This document shows positions 1 to 9,384 of a stretch of DNA of 64,000 bases, piece after piece. The stretch covers positions 1 through 64,000 of the forward strand of contig JANLPS010000176.1 in the NCBI GenBank assembly GCA_031367385.1. Direction: 5' to 3'. Position 1 is the stretch's first letter. Every line of letters starts with the position of its first letter. The translations under genes and the position numbers were made by a program. This DNA comes from Archangium sp. (lineage in GTDB: Bacteria; Myxococcota; Myxococcia; Myxococcales; Myxococcaceae). Under the pieces are notes generated by a model. That model was given only the letters and a program-made list of their open reading frames with translations. It searched no databases and had not been told where the DNA came from.

Positions 1-177
1 CACGAGGTCAGGCCGAGGGTGCTCTTGCGACTTGAGGTACTCGAGGGCAGCGCTGGCTGAGGTCTTCGCAGTGATGACGCAAGTCAAATGCGTTTTCTTG
101 ATCGCCCGCTCGTGAATGAAATTGTCGTCTGAGTTGTCGTCGACGAGCATCACGCACCCGAGCTTCTTGGTGCTCAT
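1..177 (-). CDS. Single-domain response regulator (receiver), partial, runs off the window
   Basis: Manual translation MSTKKLGCVMLVDDNSDDNFIHERAIKK...EYLKSQEHPRPDLV shows the LVDD acidic pocket and PDL motif. Its ATG overlaps the kinase stop (ATGA). Not in the ORF track. Confidence 0.9.
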   Translation of the reverse strand, partial: MSTKKLGCVMLVDDNSDDNFIHERAIKKTHLTCVITAKTSASAALEYLKSQEHPRPDLV

Positions 178-1403
178 GACTGCACGACCGGTATCGTGAA
201 GTGAACGGTGGTACCGATGCCAAGGGCCGATTCGAGCCAGATCTTGCCACCGTGCAGCTGAATGATCTTCTTGCAGTTCGCAAGCCCAATGCCGTAGCCC
301 TCGTATTCTTCGATGGTGTGCAGCCGTTGGTAGATGTCGAAGACTCGGGCGAAGTGCGCCTCGGCGATGCCGATGCCGTTGTCCGACACCGATAACTGCC
401 AATGATGCGGGTGCCTTTCGGCATGAATGCGCAAAACCGGCGCGGTGTCTTTCTTTCGAAACTTGATCGCGTTCGAAATGAGGTTTTGAAAGACCTGGCG
501 CAGGTTGATTTCGTGCACGTCGAGCGTGGGCATCGGGCCGACCGTCACGTGCGCGCTTGCCGTTGTCAGCATGGTCTGGAGATCTGAGGTGACCTCGGCG
601 ATGAGCCTGGTGAAATCAACCCGGGTGGTCACCCGGTCGTTGCCCAGTCGAGAGAACTCGAGCAGCGACTTGATCAGAATGCCCATTCGTTTCGTCGCGT
701 TGTTCACCGAGCGCAGATACTGGTGGGCCGTCTCGTCCAACACGTGGCCGTAGTCTTCTTCGAAGACCTGCATGTAGTTCGACACCGTGCGCAGGGGTTC
801 TTGGAGATCGTGCGAGGCGACGTAGACGATCTGTTCGAGCTCCTTGTTGTGCTTCTCGATGTTCGCTTCTTGGAGCTTTCGTTCGGTGATGTCGACGATC
901 GACGCCAAAACGACGATGTCTTCGGCGCTTTCGATCGGGTTCAGGCCGATCTCGATCTGCACGTCGCTGCCATCTTTTCTTCTGCCGAGGAGCTCGAGGC
1001 CTGCGCCCATCGATCGGGTCTTGAGATCTTGAAAAAAATGTTCGCGAAGCCCCGGGTGGCGGCCGCGCGCTTCAGGCGGCATCAGCATCTCCATCTTATT
1101 GCCCACCAGCTCGTCTCGGCCGTAGCCGAAGAGCCTCTCGGTCTGTGCGTTCACCAAGACGATCAGACCTTGGCTGTTGACCAGCACCATCGCGTTGGGC
1201 GCCGACTCGACGACCAACCTGAATTGCTCTTTTGCCTTTTGCAGCTCGTGGTTCGCGATGACGAGCTCGGCCGCGCGCTTTCCCTTTTCGCCGTTCTGAA
1301 ACTCCAGCTCGACGTTGGCGAGCAGCAGCTCCGCGGCGCGCTTGAGCATCTCCTCCTTCTGAAAGGCCAACTCTTGATTCGCGACGACGAGGGTGTTCGC
1401 CAA
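174..1403 (-). CDS. PAS-domain sensor histidine kinase (5' end possibly frameshifted)
   Basis: RAAELxxANxEL coiled-coil repeats, PAS (FRLVVESAPNAMVLV...), H-box SHDLQEPLR, N-box NLISNAIKF, G1 DNGIGI, G2 GIGLA. Confidence 0.92.
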   Translation of the reverse strand: MANTLVVANQELAFQKEEMLKRAAELLLANVELEFQNGEKGKRAAELVIANHELQKAKEQFRLVVESAPNAMVLVNSQGLIVLVNAQTERLFGYGRDELVGNKMEMLMPPEARGRHPGLREHFFQDLKTRSMGAGLELLGRRKDGSDVQIEIGLNPIESAEDIVVLASIVDITERKLQEANIEKHNKELEQIVYVASHDLQEPLRTVSNYMQVFEEDYGHVLDETAHQYLRSVNNATKRMGILIKSLLEFSRLGNDRVTTRVDFTRLIAEVTSDLQTMLTTASAHVTVGPMPTLDVHEINLRQVFQNLISNAIKFRKKDTAPVLRIHAERHPHHWQLSVSDNGIGIAEAHFARVFDIYQRLHTIEEYEGYGIGLANCKKIIQLHGGKIWLESALGIGTTVHFTIPVVQS

Positions 1404-1680
1404 TTTGGTGTACCTGCAATTCGAAGAAGAGATGAGCCCGTCTCCGGGTGCGCTGACGCCCCGGAGGCCAAGAACGAGAAGTGATGGAGATCGCTGCGAC
1501 CTCCGCGTTCGAGCAAGAGCCCGACGTCCGCTCGTTGGCTGCTCGAGAACGCGAAGTGCTTTCTTCTACCAGAGCCGCGCTTCGAGCGTGACCGGTCGAT
1601 CGACCGTGACCCACATGGCGGTGAGACACCCACGTCGAGGAGTGCCCTCCGCTCGCGTGGGGCCCGAGGGACCCTCCCCT

Positions 1681-4017
1681 TCAGCGATTCAGAATCGACC
1701 CGTTGATCTCGACGCGGCCGGTCTGGCCGGGAGTGGCTCCCGCGCCACCGCGCGAATCAACCAAGCCAATCACCGCCTGTTGCACCCCGGTCGACCAGAA
1801 CGACACCTCGCCGCCAGCGCCGCCCCGCTCGAGGCTTTCTCCTCCCCCCGCAGTGATGGTCGCGGCGTTGCTCGCGAACACCCCGAAAAACGCAGCGCCC
1901 CCACCGTTGCCCGCCGAGCGTCGACCCGCTCCACCTTCGACGTGAATCGCACCCGTGCTGGTCACCGAGCCGCCAGGCGAGCTGAGGCCCAGACCACCAC
2001 CGGGCCCGCCCACTTCACACCGCTGCATGGTGCCGCCGCCGCTCAGTGCGATCGTGCCGAGGTTTTCGATGTCGCCCGGCGACGCGAACCCCACCGACCC
2101 GCCGCCACCGCTCTGCGCCGTGCCGGTACCGCCGACCCCGTCGAGCGCTCCCGAGTTGTGAATCGATTCACCGTCGCTCAAGAATGAGCCGACCTCGGTC
2201 GAACGCGCGAATGCGCCGAAGGTGACGCTGCCCCCGAAGCGACCGACCGCGCCGTCCCCTCCGTGAAAGTGCAAGTCGGCCTCGTTGATGATCGCTCCGG
2301 TCGGGCCGATTTCGACGTTCCCCCGCCAGCTGGGTGCGTTCAGCAAAGCGATCCACGCTCCATCGCCGCCGGTGCCGGTGACGCTGTTGCCTCCGTTGGC
2401 GACGATCGACTCGTACCCGAACAGCGTGATCTCCTGGCCCAGCGCGTCGTTGACCGGGTTGACCTCGACCGTCACGGGCCCCGCGTTGCCGCCCTGTCGG
2501 CCGCGCCCGCCAGAGGAGACCACGTTTCCGCTGACCTCAATTGACCCGGCGGCCAGCGCTAGTGACACCGGCAGGTCTTTCAAAGCAATTTCACCGCCGT
2601 GCCCACCCGCCTCGACGCCGTCACCTCCCGAGGTGTCAATGTCGGCGTTCACCAGCAACGCTCCGCAGCTGTAGACGATGACGCGATTACCATCGCCGGC
2701 GACGCAGCCCTCGCCCGAGCATGACCCGCCACGAATGAGCATGCGCCCGCTCAGCCGAGTCAGCGCCGAAGCAGCTTCGACCCACACGCTGCCTGCTGCG
2801 CCGCCGCCAGTGCGCCCCGAACCGCCAGAGCAGTCAATCTCACCGCGAATCGCGATCACATTGGCAGTGACATCCAGGCCACCGCCGGCCCCCCCCGAGG
2901 CGGCGACGCTCGCAGCTCCTCGAAAGTCGAACGGCCCGGTGCTCCACAGCTCTTTGGCTTTGAATCGCAGTGACGCAGCGGCCGCGCCATCAACCGTGGC
3001 ATGAAAGTCAACTGCGCCTCGATTGATGATCTTGGTCGCCGAGATGATCAGTGACAGCGGCATACGAGCCACCAGTGAAGAGCCCTCGAGCGAATAGAAA
3101 TTGCGAGTCACCAGCCTCAGCGAGTCCTCTGTGTTCGGCGCGTCAGCCTCGACGACGATGGTGCCCGCATTCTGCACGTCACCGCCGAGAATGACCTCGC
3201 GGTCAGTTCGCAAGCCCGTGAGCCGCAAAGTCGCACCACGCTCGACTGAGATCGAACTGGCCTGCGCACGGCCAACGATCAGTCGTGCCACGCCGTCACC
3301 GAACGAGATGAACGCGGAGTCACCCGAGGCCGACCCCAGAAGTACCGAGTCGTACGACTTCACCGTCACCACGCCAGTCACTCTCAACGCCGAAGACTCC
3401 GGTTCGAAAACGAATGAAGGCACCTCGAAGCCCGCATCGACCAGGCCGGTTTTGAACACCTTGACATTGCCGCCAAGGGTGCCGTTGACGATGGCGATGG
3501 TGACTGTGCCGCCGTTGCCAGCGCCCGCGTCGGTCGCCGAGCCGCCGCTCGCGGTGAGCGAGAAGCCCGGTGAAGGCCCAGCGGGTGCGGCGATCGACCG
3601 AGCGAACACCGGAGTCGCGCCGTTGCACACATACCGGGTGCTCTGAATCTCGGCGTCTTCGAGCACGCCATTTCGAGGCACCCCGCCATCGCCGCCGGAG
3701 TCGAGGCCGAAGTCGAACCGGGCGCCGCCCGTCGGGCAATGCGCATCGCCAAAGGGGAGCGTGGCGCTTGCGGTCAACGTCGAGGCCCCGCTCTCGGCGC
3801 TCGCCCCGTTGCAGACCTGCGAGCTCTGCAGCACTTCGTCATCGGCGAGTTTGCCATCGTCGTTCCAATCGCGGCCGGTGGTGACTTTCACTCCGCCGTT
3901 GGGGCACTCGACGCTGCTGCTAACCTGGCTGAGTTGCGTGAGCACCACGCCCTCAGGTCGAGACGTTGAACAGCCAGACAACAGGGAAACAGCGACGCAC
4001 AGAATGAATCGGTTCAC
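1681..4017 (-). CDS. Gly-rich surface lipoprotein with two N-terminal CPxGG...D-rich...C modules (DUF7151-like); paralog 1
   Basis: Lipobox LSGC; CPNGGVKVTTGRDWNDDGKLADDEV...C and CPTGGARFDFGLD...YVC; repeated IxxxGGxGxxxGGxGGxV units; GTG start. Confidence 0.8.
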   Translation of the reverse strand: MNRFILCVAVSLLSGCSTSRPEGVVLTQLSQVSSSVECPNGGVKVTTGRDWNDDGKLADDEVLQSSQVCNGASAESGASTLTASATLPFGDAHCPTGGARFDFGLDSGGDGGVPRNGVLEDAEIQSTRYVCNGATPVFARSIAAPAGPSPGFSLTASGGSATDAGAGNGGTVTIAIVNGTLGGNVKVFKTGLVDAGFEVPSFVFEPESSALRVTGVVTVKSYDSVLLGSASGDSAFISFGDGVARLIVGRAQASSISVERGATLRLTGLRTDREVILGGDVQNAGTIVVEADAPNTEDSLRLVTRNFYSLEGSSLVARMPLSLIISATKIINRGAVDFHATVDGAAAASLRFKAKELWSTGPFDFRGAASVAASGGAGGGLDVTANVIAIRGEIDCSGGSGRTGGGAAGSVWVEAASALTRLSGRMLIRGGSCSGEGCVAGDGNRVIVYSCGALLVNADIDTSGGDGVEAGGHGGEIALKDLPVSLALAAGSIEVSGNVVSSGGRGRQGGNAGPVTVEVNPVNDALGQEITLFGYESIVANGGNSVTGTGGDGAWIALLNAPSWRGNVEIGPTGAIINEADLHFHGGDGAVGRFGGSVTFGAFARSTEVGSFLSDGESIHNSGALDGVGGTGTAQSGGGGSVGFASPGDIENLGTIALSGGGTMQRCEVGGPGGGLGLSSPGGSVTSTGAIHVEGGAGRRSAGNGGGAAFFGVFASNAATITAGGGESLERGGAGGEVSFWSTGVQQAVIGLVDSRGGAGATPGQTGRVEINGSILNR

Positions 4018-4055
4018 GGGGAAGCTCTCTTTGGTGAAGGGGAGCCGCCCCCGTG

Positions 4056-4070
4056 TGCAGCAGATATGCC
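4056..4070 (-). promoter_or_regulatory. Putative sigma54 (-24/-12) promoter of paralog 1
   Basis: Minus strand GGCATATCTGCTGCA fits GG-N10-GC and is conserved upstream of paralog 2. Confidence 0.7.
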
Positions 4071-4135
4071 GAGCTCAAGGTGCCGAATTTCCTCTGCTTC
4101 TCGAAACCGCACCGTCCACGCACGAGAAACACCCT

Positions 4136-6502
4136 TCACCGCACCAGTACTGACCCGGCCGCACCTTTGAGTGGCCCCACCCCGCCGGCCGCATCGAGCG
4201 TGCCGGTGTTGGTGGTGTCGACGTCGAGCCGGGAGAACAACGTGATGCTCCCGCCGGCACCGCCTTCGAGCTGACTCGCGCCTCCGCGGCACAGGGCCTC
4301 GCCAGAGTTGGTGACGTGCTGGCCTTGAAAATCAATGGCACCGCCGCGACCGCCGAGCTGGGAGCCTGCCGCGCCATTGGCCCGAATCGGCCCGTCGTTG
4401 TCGATGCGGCTGGGCGTGTTCATCTGCACCCAGCCGCCGTTACCTCCAACCACCCTTGACGCGCCTGCGCCGAGCTCAATGACGCCGTGATTCGAAATCG
4501 CGCCGGTGGTGTGAAAGAAGACGCCGCCGCCAGAACCCGACACCTGGTCGCCTGCGCCGCCGCGCGCGTCGATGGCCCCCGAGTTTCGAATGAACTCTCC
4601 AGGCGCGATTTCTGGCGTGAGTACCGAGAGCCCAAAGGTCACCCACCCCGCGGTGCCCGCCCCGGCGCCTCCCGCGACACGCAGCGCAGCCGTGTTGATG
4701 ACCGCCCCGGTCGGCCCGACCACCAGCTCGCCATTGCGGGTCGGAGCCGTCAGCAACGCCACGCCACCTCCATGACCTCCGGCGGCACCAGTGCCCCCCG
4801 CGGCAAGCACGTTCGCGTACCCGAGAAGCTCAATCTCTTGCCCGCGCGGCATCAGCCCCGGGTCGAGCTCGAAGGTGATGCTGCCGGCTTCTCCTCCGAC
4901 GCGGCCCGTGCCTCCGTTGCTCGAGCAATCGCCCGAAACATGCACCGACCCCGCGGGAGCCCCCTCGCTCAAATACGTCGAGCGCACGCTGACGACGCCA
5001 CCAGGCCCACCACTCGCCCCGCCATTGCCACCCGAGGCGTCGAGGGCCGCGTTCACGAAAACTGGAGCGCCGAACGTCGCGACCTGAACCCTACCGCCGG
5101 CCCCGCCAGCACACCCGGGCTCACTGCAGGTGCCGCCTCGCGCAGTCACCGAGCCGAGCACCTGCGCCGAGACGCCGTCGGCTTCGAGATACACCTGGCC
5201 GCCGATGCCCGCTCCGTCGAGGCCGTTGCCGCCGAGGGCCGCGATGGAGCCCCGATTCGCAAAGACATTCGCCCGCACATAGACACTGCCTCCCGAGCCG
5301 CCCCACCCTGTCGTCGCGGTGCCGCCCGAGGTCAGCACCGAGCCACCGGTGACCACATGCTTGCCTTGCACGCTGACCCGACCGCCCGACCCGCTGCCAG
5401 TACCACGCGAGTCAATCGTGCCCTCGAGCACGACTCGATTCGCCGAGAGGTCGACGGGGGCTCCGCTGTTGTTGAAAGAGACGCGAGTCGTGACCAGCGA
5501 GTCTCTCGAGGTCGAGAACACGTGAGACGAAATGGTGAGCCCGGTGGTGTCTTGCGCGGCGATGGTGCCCTCGTTGCGAACGTCGCCGGCCACGCGCAGA
5601 AACGATTGAACCGACAGCGTCACCTTCGGCTCGACGAAGAGTGACGAGACCTCCGCGACTCCGCCATCTACGACCGAGATCAATTTTTGACTGCCGCGAA
5701 GCACGAAGACGGTTTGGCCCGAAAGCATCGCAGCCTGTTCTGACTCGAACACCTTGAGCTGCAGATCATGCGCGACGCGAACCGGGCGCGGGCCTGGCTC
5801 GAACGCGACGCTGGGCCACTCGAAGCCGGCGTCGACCGACCCACTGTTGAAGAGCTTCACGTTGCCACCGAGCGTGCCGTTCTTCATCGTCGCTGACACA
5901 GTGCCGCCGTTGCCGCCGTGCAGGCTGGCCCCAATCAACACGGGGATGCCATCGCCACCGTTGGCTGACAGCGTGTACGAGCCCCCGGGCCCAGGCGGAG
6001 GCTCGGTCGGCTGCACGTAGCGCGATGGCGAGCCGTTGCACACGTAGCTGGTGCTGCGAACTTCGGTGGGGTCGAGCACTCCGTTCGCGGTGCCTTCATC
6101 GAACCCGAAGTCGAGTCGCACGCCGCCGCTCGGGCACTTCGCGTCGCCGAGGCCGAGCACCGTGGTGCTGACTACCGAGACTGGCGCATTCTTTCCGGCG
6201 GGTCCCGTCGCGCCGTTCCAGCCGTCGACGCCGTCTCTGCCCGGCAAGCCCGCCGCGCCCATCGCACCGGTGGTGCCGCTGTTGCCAGCCACGCCGTTGC
6301 AGATCTCGGCGCGCTGAACCACCTCATCACCGGTGAGGGCGCCGTCACCATCGAGGTCTGTACCGCTGGCGATCTGCACGCCGCCGGTCGGGCACTTGCT
6401 GCTGCTGGTGATTTGATTGAATTGCATCGACTCGCCGACGCTCCCTGAGGGGCAGGCGCACAACGCGAGCACGGCAGTCACTGCGAAATTGAAACGCTTC
6501 AT
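4136..6502 (-). CDS. Gly-rich surface lipoprotein, paralog 2, with a collagen-like G-X-Y segment
   Basis: Lipobox LCAC; same two Cys modules and Gly-rich repeats as 1681..4017; 12 G-X-Y triplets at 6188..6295. Confidence 0.8.
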   Translation of the reverse strand: MKRFNFAVTAVLALCACPSGSVGESMQFNQITSSSKCPTGGVQIASGTDLDGDGALTGDEVVQRAEICNGVAGNSGTTGAMGAAGLPGRDGVDGWNGATGPAGKNAPVSVVSTTVLGLGDAKCPSGGVRLDFGFDEGTANGVLDPTEVRSTSYVCNGSPSRYVQPTEPPPGPGGSYTLSANGGDGIPVLIGASLHGGNGGTVSATMKNGTLGGNVKLFNSGSVDAGFEWPSVAFEPGPRPVRVAHDLQLKVFESEQAAMLSGQTVFVLRGSQKLISVVDGGVAEVSSLFVEPKVTLSVQSFLRVAGDVRNEGTIAAQDTTGLTISSHVFSTSRDSLVTTRVSFNNSGAPVDLSANRVVLEGTIDSRGTGSGSGGRVSVQGKHVVTGGSVLTSGGTATTGWGGSGGSVYVRANVFANRGSIAALGGNGLDGAGIGGQVYLEADGVSAQVLGSVTARGGTCSEPGCAGGAGGRVQVATFGAPVFVNAALDASGGNGGASGGPGGVVSVRSTYLSEGAPAGSVHVSGDCSSNGGTGRVGGEAGSITFELDPGLMPRGQEIELLGYANVLAAGGTGAAGGHGGGVALLTAPTRNGELVVGPTGAVINTAALRVAGGAGAGTAGWVTFGLSVLTPEIAPGEFIRNSGAIDARGGAGDQVSGSGGGVFFHTTGAISNHGVIELGAGASRVVGGNGGWVQMNTPSRIDNDGPIRANGAAGSQLGGRGGAIDFQGQHVTNSGEALCRGGASQLEGGAGGSITLFSRLDVDTTNTGTLDAAGGVGPLKGAAGSVLVR

Positions 6503-6540
6503 GGGCAGGCTCTCTTTTGGTGAAAGGGAGCCCGCCCGTC

Positions 6541-6555
6541 TGCAGCCGATATGCC
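6541..6555 (-). promoter_or_regulatory. Putative sigma54 (-24/-12) promoter of paralog 2
   Basis: Minus strand GGCATATCGGCTGCA fits GG-N10-GC; 14/15 identical to 4056..4070. Confidence 0.7.
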
Positions 6556-6615
6556 TACGTCAACTCGCTGAATTCAAACGGGTTGCTGACGACGCACCGT
6601 CTGTTTCGCGAAAAA

Positions 6616-7407
6616 TCACTTCGCGCAGAGCAGGTTCACGGTGCCGCTGCGGCCGGTGCTGGTGGTCCACGCTGCGGTCTCTGCTCCGCTGTAGTTGACG
6701 GTCACCGCGGTGCTGCGCGGCGTGTCGTGAACGATGGTGCCGCTGGTCGGGCACGCGCCCTTGCACCGCGCGTAGTTGGTGACGGTGGTGGTCGACGAGC
6801 GAGCGCCGACGTCGGTCTTCCACGAGCCGTTGACGGTCGCGCACGAGGTCTCAGAATCGTAGGTAACGGTGTATTGGCCGTCGCGGCTGAGCGCGATGCC
6901 ACGCGGGCCCGAGCCTGAGGCACTGCTGGTGACGCTGGCTGATCTGGTCGAGCCGGCCTGGGTCGAGATGACCGTCGCGTTGACATCGATGATGGCCTTG
7001 TTCGCTTTCACGCCAGTGCCGGTGATGACGACCTGCACGCCGCCGGTGCTCGCACGGGAGTACGTCGCGACCAAGGTGCCCGAGACGGTGACCAGGCCGT
7101 AGGGCCCGGTGCAGTTGACCAAGGTGTAGGTGACCTTCGGGCCCGCTTGCACCGCGGTCACGCAGCTGCTGGGGCTGAAGGCTTTGGGCACCCGCGTGGT
7201 GGCATCGGCGGCGAGCTGATCAGTCGTGGCGCTGGCCGGCTGTGCGACTTCATCTGACAGCTCGGAGGTGAGGGCCGATTCGGTCGAAGTCACGCTGACC
7301 GATTCGTCGGCGTCTTCGGCGATGGCTGAATCGGTGGTGCCGCCGCAGCCGACCGCGACCATCGACAATGAGAGCAAGAACCCGCGTGAAATCATTGAAT
7401 TGCGCAT
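6616..7407 (-). CDS. Ser/Thr-rich hypothetical lipoprotein
   Basis: AAAGGGG RBS before ATG at 7407; lipobox AVGC; beta-rich body with paired Cys. Confidence 0.75.
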   Translation of the reverse strand: MRNSMISRGFLLSLSMVAVGCGGTTDSAIAEDADESVSVTSTESALTSELSDEVAQPASATTDQLAADATTRVPKAFSPSSCVTAVQAGPKVTYTLVNCTGPYGLVTVSGTLVATYSRASTGGVQVVITGTGVKANKAIIDVNATVISTQAGSTRSASVTSSASGSGPRGIALSRDGQYTVTYDSETSCATVNGSWKTDVGARSSTTTVTNYARCKGACPTSGTIVHDTPRSTAVTVNYSGAETAAWTTSTGRSGTVNLLCAK

Positions 7408-7545
7408 GTGAGACCCCTTTTGTTGCAACGAGATGATCGTCAAACACAGGGGCCCCACGCAGGTTGCGCGGCCTTTGAGCCTTTTCTCAGCGGCCAACCG
7501 CGCGAGCCAGCAAGGCGTTTGCGCGCGCCTCGATCACGAGGCGAC

Positions 7546-7854
7546 TTACGGTCGTGGGGCTGAAGCAACGGCCGCGCTGAACGTGAAGTTCGAGCCGTTG
7601 ACGGCGGTGATCGTGACGGTGACGTCGTACACTTTGCCGCTGAGGGTGATGGCGCACACTTGGGTGGCACCAACAACCGCCGGCATTTCGCCAGGGCAGG
7701 ACACTTCAGGCGCCGTCACGCTGGTGTTCGTCGACTGAATCGCAGCCCGCGCTTGGGTCTCGATAGTGGCCTTAGGGACCGTGCCCGGCCCGCATGCAGT
7801 GAAGAGCGCGACGATGGTAATTGCCGCGAAACGAAGAAAGGAAGAGTTGGTCAT
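7546..7854 (-). CDS. DUF4333-like small lipoprotein
   Basis: Lipobox FTAC; VSCPGEMPAVVGATQVC...VTVTITAVNG pattern. Confidence 0.75.
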   Translation of the reverse strand: MTNSSFLRFAAITIVALFTACGPGTVPKATIETQARAAIQSTNTSVTAPEVSCPGEMPAVVGATQVCAITLSGKVYDVTVTITAVNGSNFTFSAAVASAPRP

Positions 7855-7938
7855 GAGCGCGCCCCTAGCAGAAGTGGCTCACACCAGAAACCATTTCCCG
7901 GCCGCACGCGCGGCAGTCGCTCGAGCGAGTTCCACCAA

Positions 7939-7967
7939 TGGGCCCCGAAGGATTCGAACCTGCAACC
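7939..7967 (-). other. tRNA 3'-end remnant (T-arm plus acceptor 3' strand), att-like scar
   Basis: Minus strand GGTTGCAGGTTCGAATCCTTCGGGGCCCA; no D-arm, anticodon arm or 5' acceptor strand upstream; a more decayed second copy at 7993..8013. Confidence 0.7.
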
Positions 7968-8139
7968 GAGTCGCCGTGTGCGTACATCTTGTTGGCTCCT
8001 GCAGGCTTCGACCGACGCGCTCGATCTCCGTCCCTGGCCCTGAAATCGAGGCCGGGCCACGCCGCCCGAGCCACGCCGCTTCAGCTCCTGTTGACCCAGC
8101 CGGTGACGTATATCGGCGCTACGTTTCACGGCGAGCGCG

Positions 8140-9009
8140 ATGACCGACGACCTGCCGCCGTGGCGACATTCAAAGACGGGGCAGCTGCTGTCGGAAGCCT
8201 GTCTCGACTGCGGCGCGGTGATGAAGGGCCTGTACTGCACGGAGTGTGGGCAGAAAAATCAGGTGCTGCACCAGAGCCTGTGGCGCGTCGTCAAAGATGC
8301 GTTCAGCGCGACGATCATTCTCGACAACAAGTTGTGGCGAACGTTGCGGCGGCTGTTCTTCGAGCCTGGCGCGCTCGCGGCCGAGTATGCGCACGGTCGG
8401 CGAACGAGCACGATCAAGCCGTTTCGGTTGTACTTCGTGGTGAGCGTGTTGTTCTTCGCCGCGCTCGCGTTCGACCCGAACGAGTACGCGTTCTGGAGCG
8501 AGCCCACCCACACCAAGGTCGAGCTGCCGTTCAAGGTGATGGTCGACGACGAGCCCAACAAGGAGTCGCCGGAGTGGATGAAGCCGTTCATCAAGAAGGC
8601 CAAAGCCAACAAAGACCTCGTCGAGGAGCACCCTGAGTGGTTGATGAAGCAACTGACGCAGCGCTTGCCGAAGGCGGCCTTCTTCATGGTGCCGGTGCTC
8701 GCGCTGATTCTGAAAATGCTCTGGCGAAAGCGGGTCTTCACCGAGCACTTGGTCTTGGCGCTCAACGTACAGACCATCGCCTTTTCGTTGCTCGGTCTGT
8801 CATTGCTGCCGCTCGACGCGCCGGGGCCTCTGCTCGCAGTGCTGGGCGTCATCTTTCTCGCGTGGTTCTTGGCCAGCCTGCGGCGCTTCTATGGGCAGGG
8901 GTGGGTGGGCACCCTGCTCAAAGCGATGCCCGTGCTGCTGCTCTATGTGACTGCGCTGTCGATGGTCTTTCTGGTGACGATCATGCTGTCGATGCTCGCC
9001 GACCGGTAG
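8140..9009 (+). CDS. DUF3667-family membrane protein
   Basis: N-terminal CLDCG...YCTECGQ zinc ribbon, LWRTL..LFFEPG.L..EY..GRR, PFRLY, C-terminal TM helices with EHLV. Confidence 0.85.
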   Translation: MTDDLPPWRHSKTGQLLSEACLDCGAVMKGLYCTECGQKNQVLHQSLWRVVKDAFSATIILDNKLWRTLRRLFFEPGALAAEYAHGRRTSTIKPFRLYFVVSVLFFAALAFDPNEYAFWSEPTHTKVELPFKVMVDDEPNKESPEWMKPFIKKAKANKDLVEEHPEWLMKQLTQRLPKAAFFMVPVLALILKMLWRKRVFTEHLVLALNVQTIAFSLLGLSLLPLDAPGPLLAVLGVIFLAWFLASLRRFYGQGWVGTLLKAMPVLLLYVTALSMVFLVTIMLSMLADR

Positions 9010-9054
9010 CGCGTCGGTCACTGTTCTTGGCGCCGAACAAGGTGAGGGTCTTCT
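9010..9054 (+). repeat. Degenerate direct repeat C, a copy of the VWA gene 3' end (12761..12805)
   Basis: 38/45 nt identical, ungapped, by manual alignment. Confidence 0.8.
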
Positions 9055-9384
9055 CGCGCGGCCATTGATTTCGTCGCTCTGAGAGCGCGCGCTGCTGCGA
9101 TTTTCGATGGCGTGGGAGCTGGTGGCCAACTGAACAGCGCCGCGTGCTCGCTGCGCAGACAGTCAGGCACGCCCGACGCGTAAGGCCGTGATTGGGTGGG
9201 CCACTACGGAGGGATGAATGGCTTTACCGCGTCGATGTGGCTCGGGCCAACGCCTGCGGTACGTCGTTCTGATGAATCAGCTCGACGTCGAATCAATGAA
9301 TCACATCGAGGTGGCGGTGCTCTCGGCGTTTATCGAGCAGGCTCCGTAAGGCCACACCATCGAAGTTCGAGTATGGTCTGTACG

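Noticed and set aside
7939..8013. Intact or intron-split tRNA gene
   Set aside because: No D-arm, anticodon arm or complementary 5' acceptor strand found; the T-stem has a mismatch
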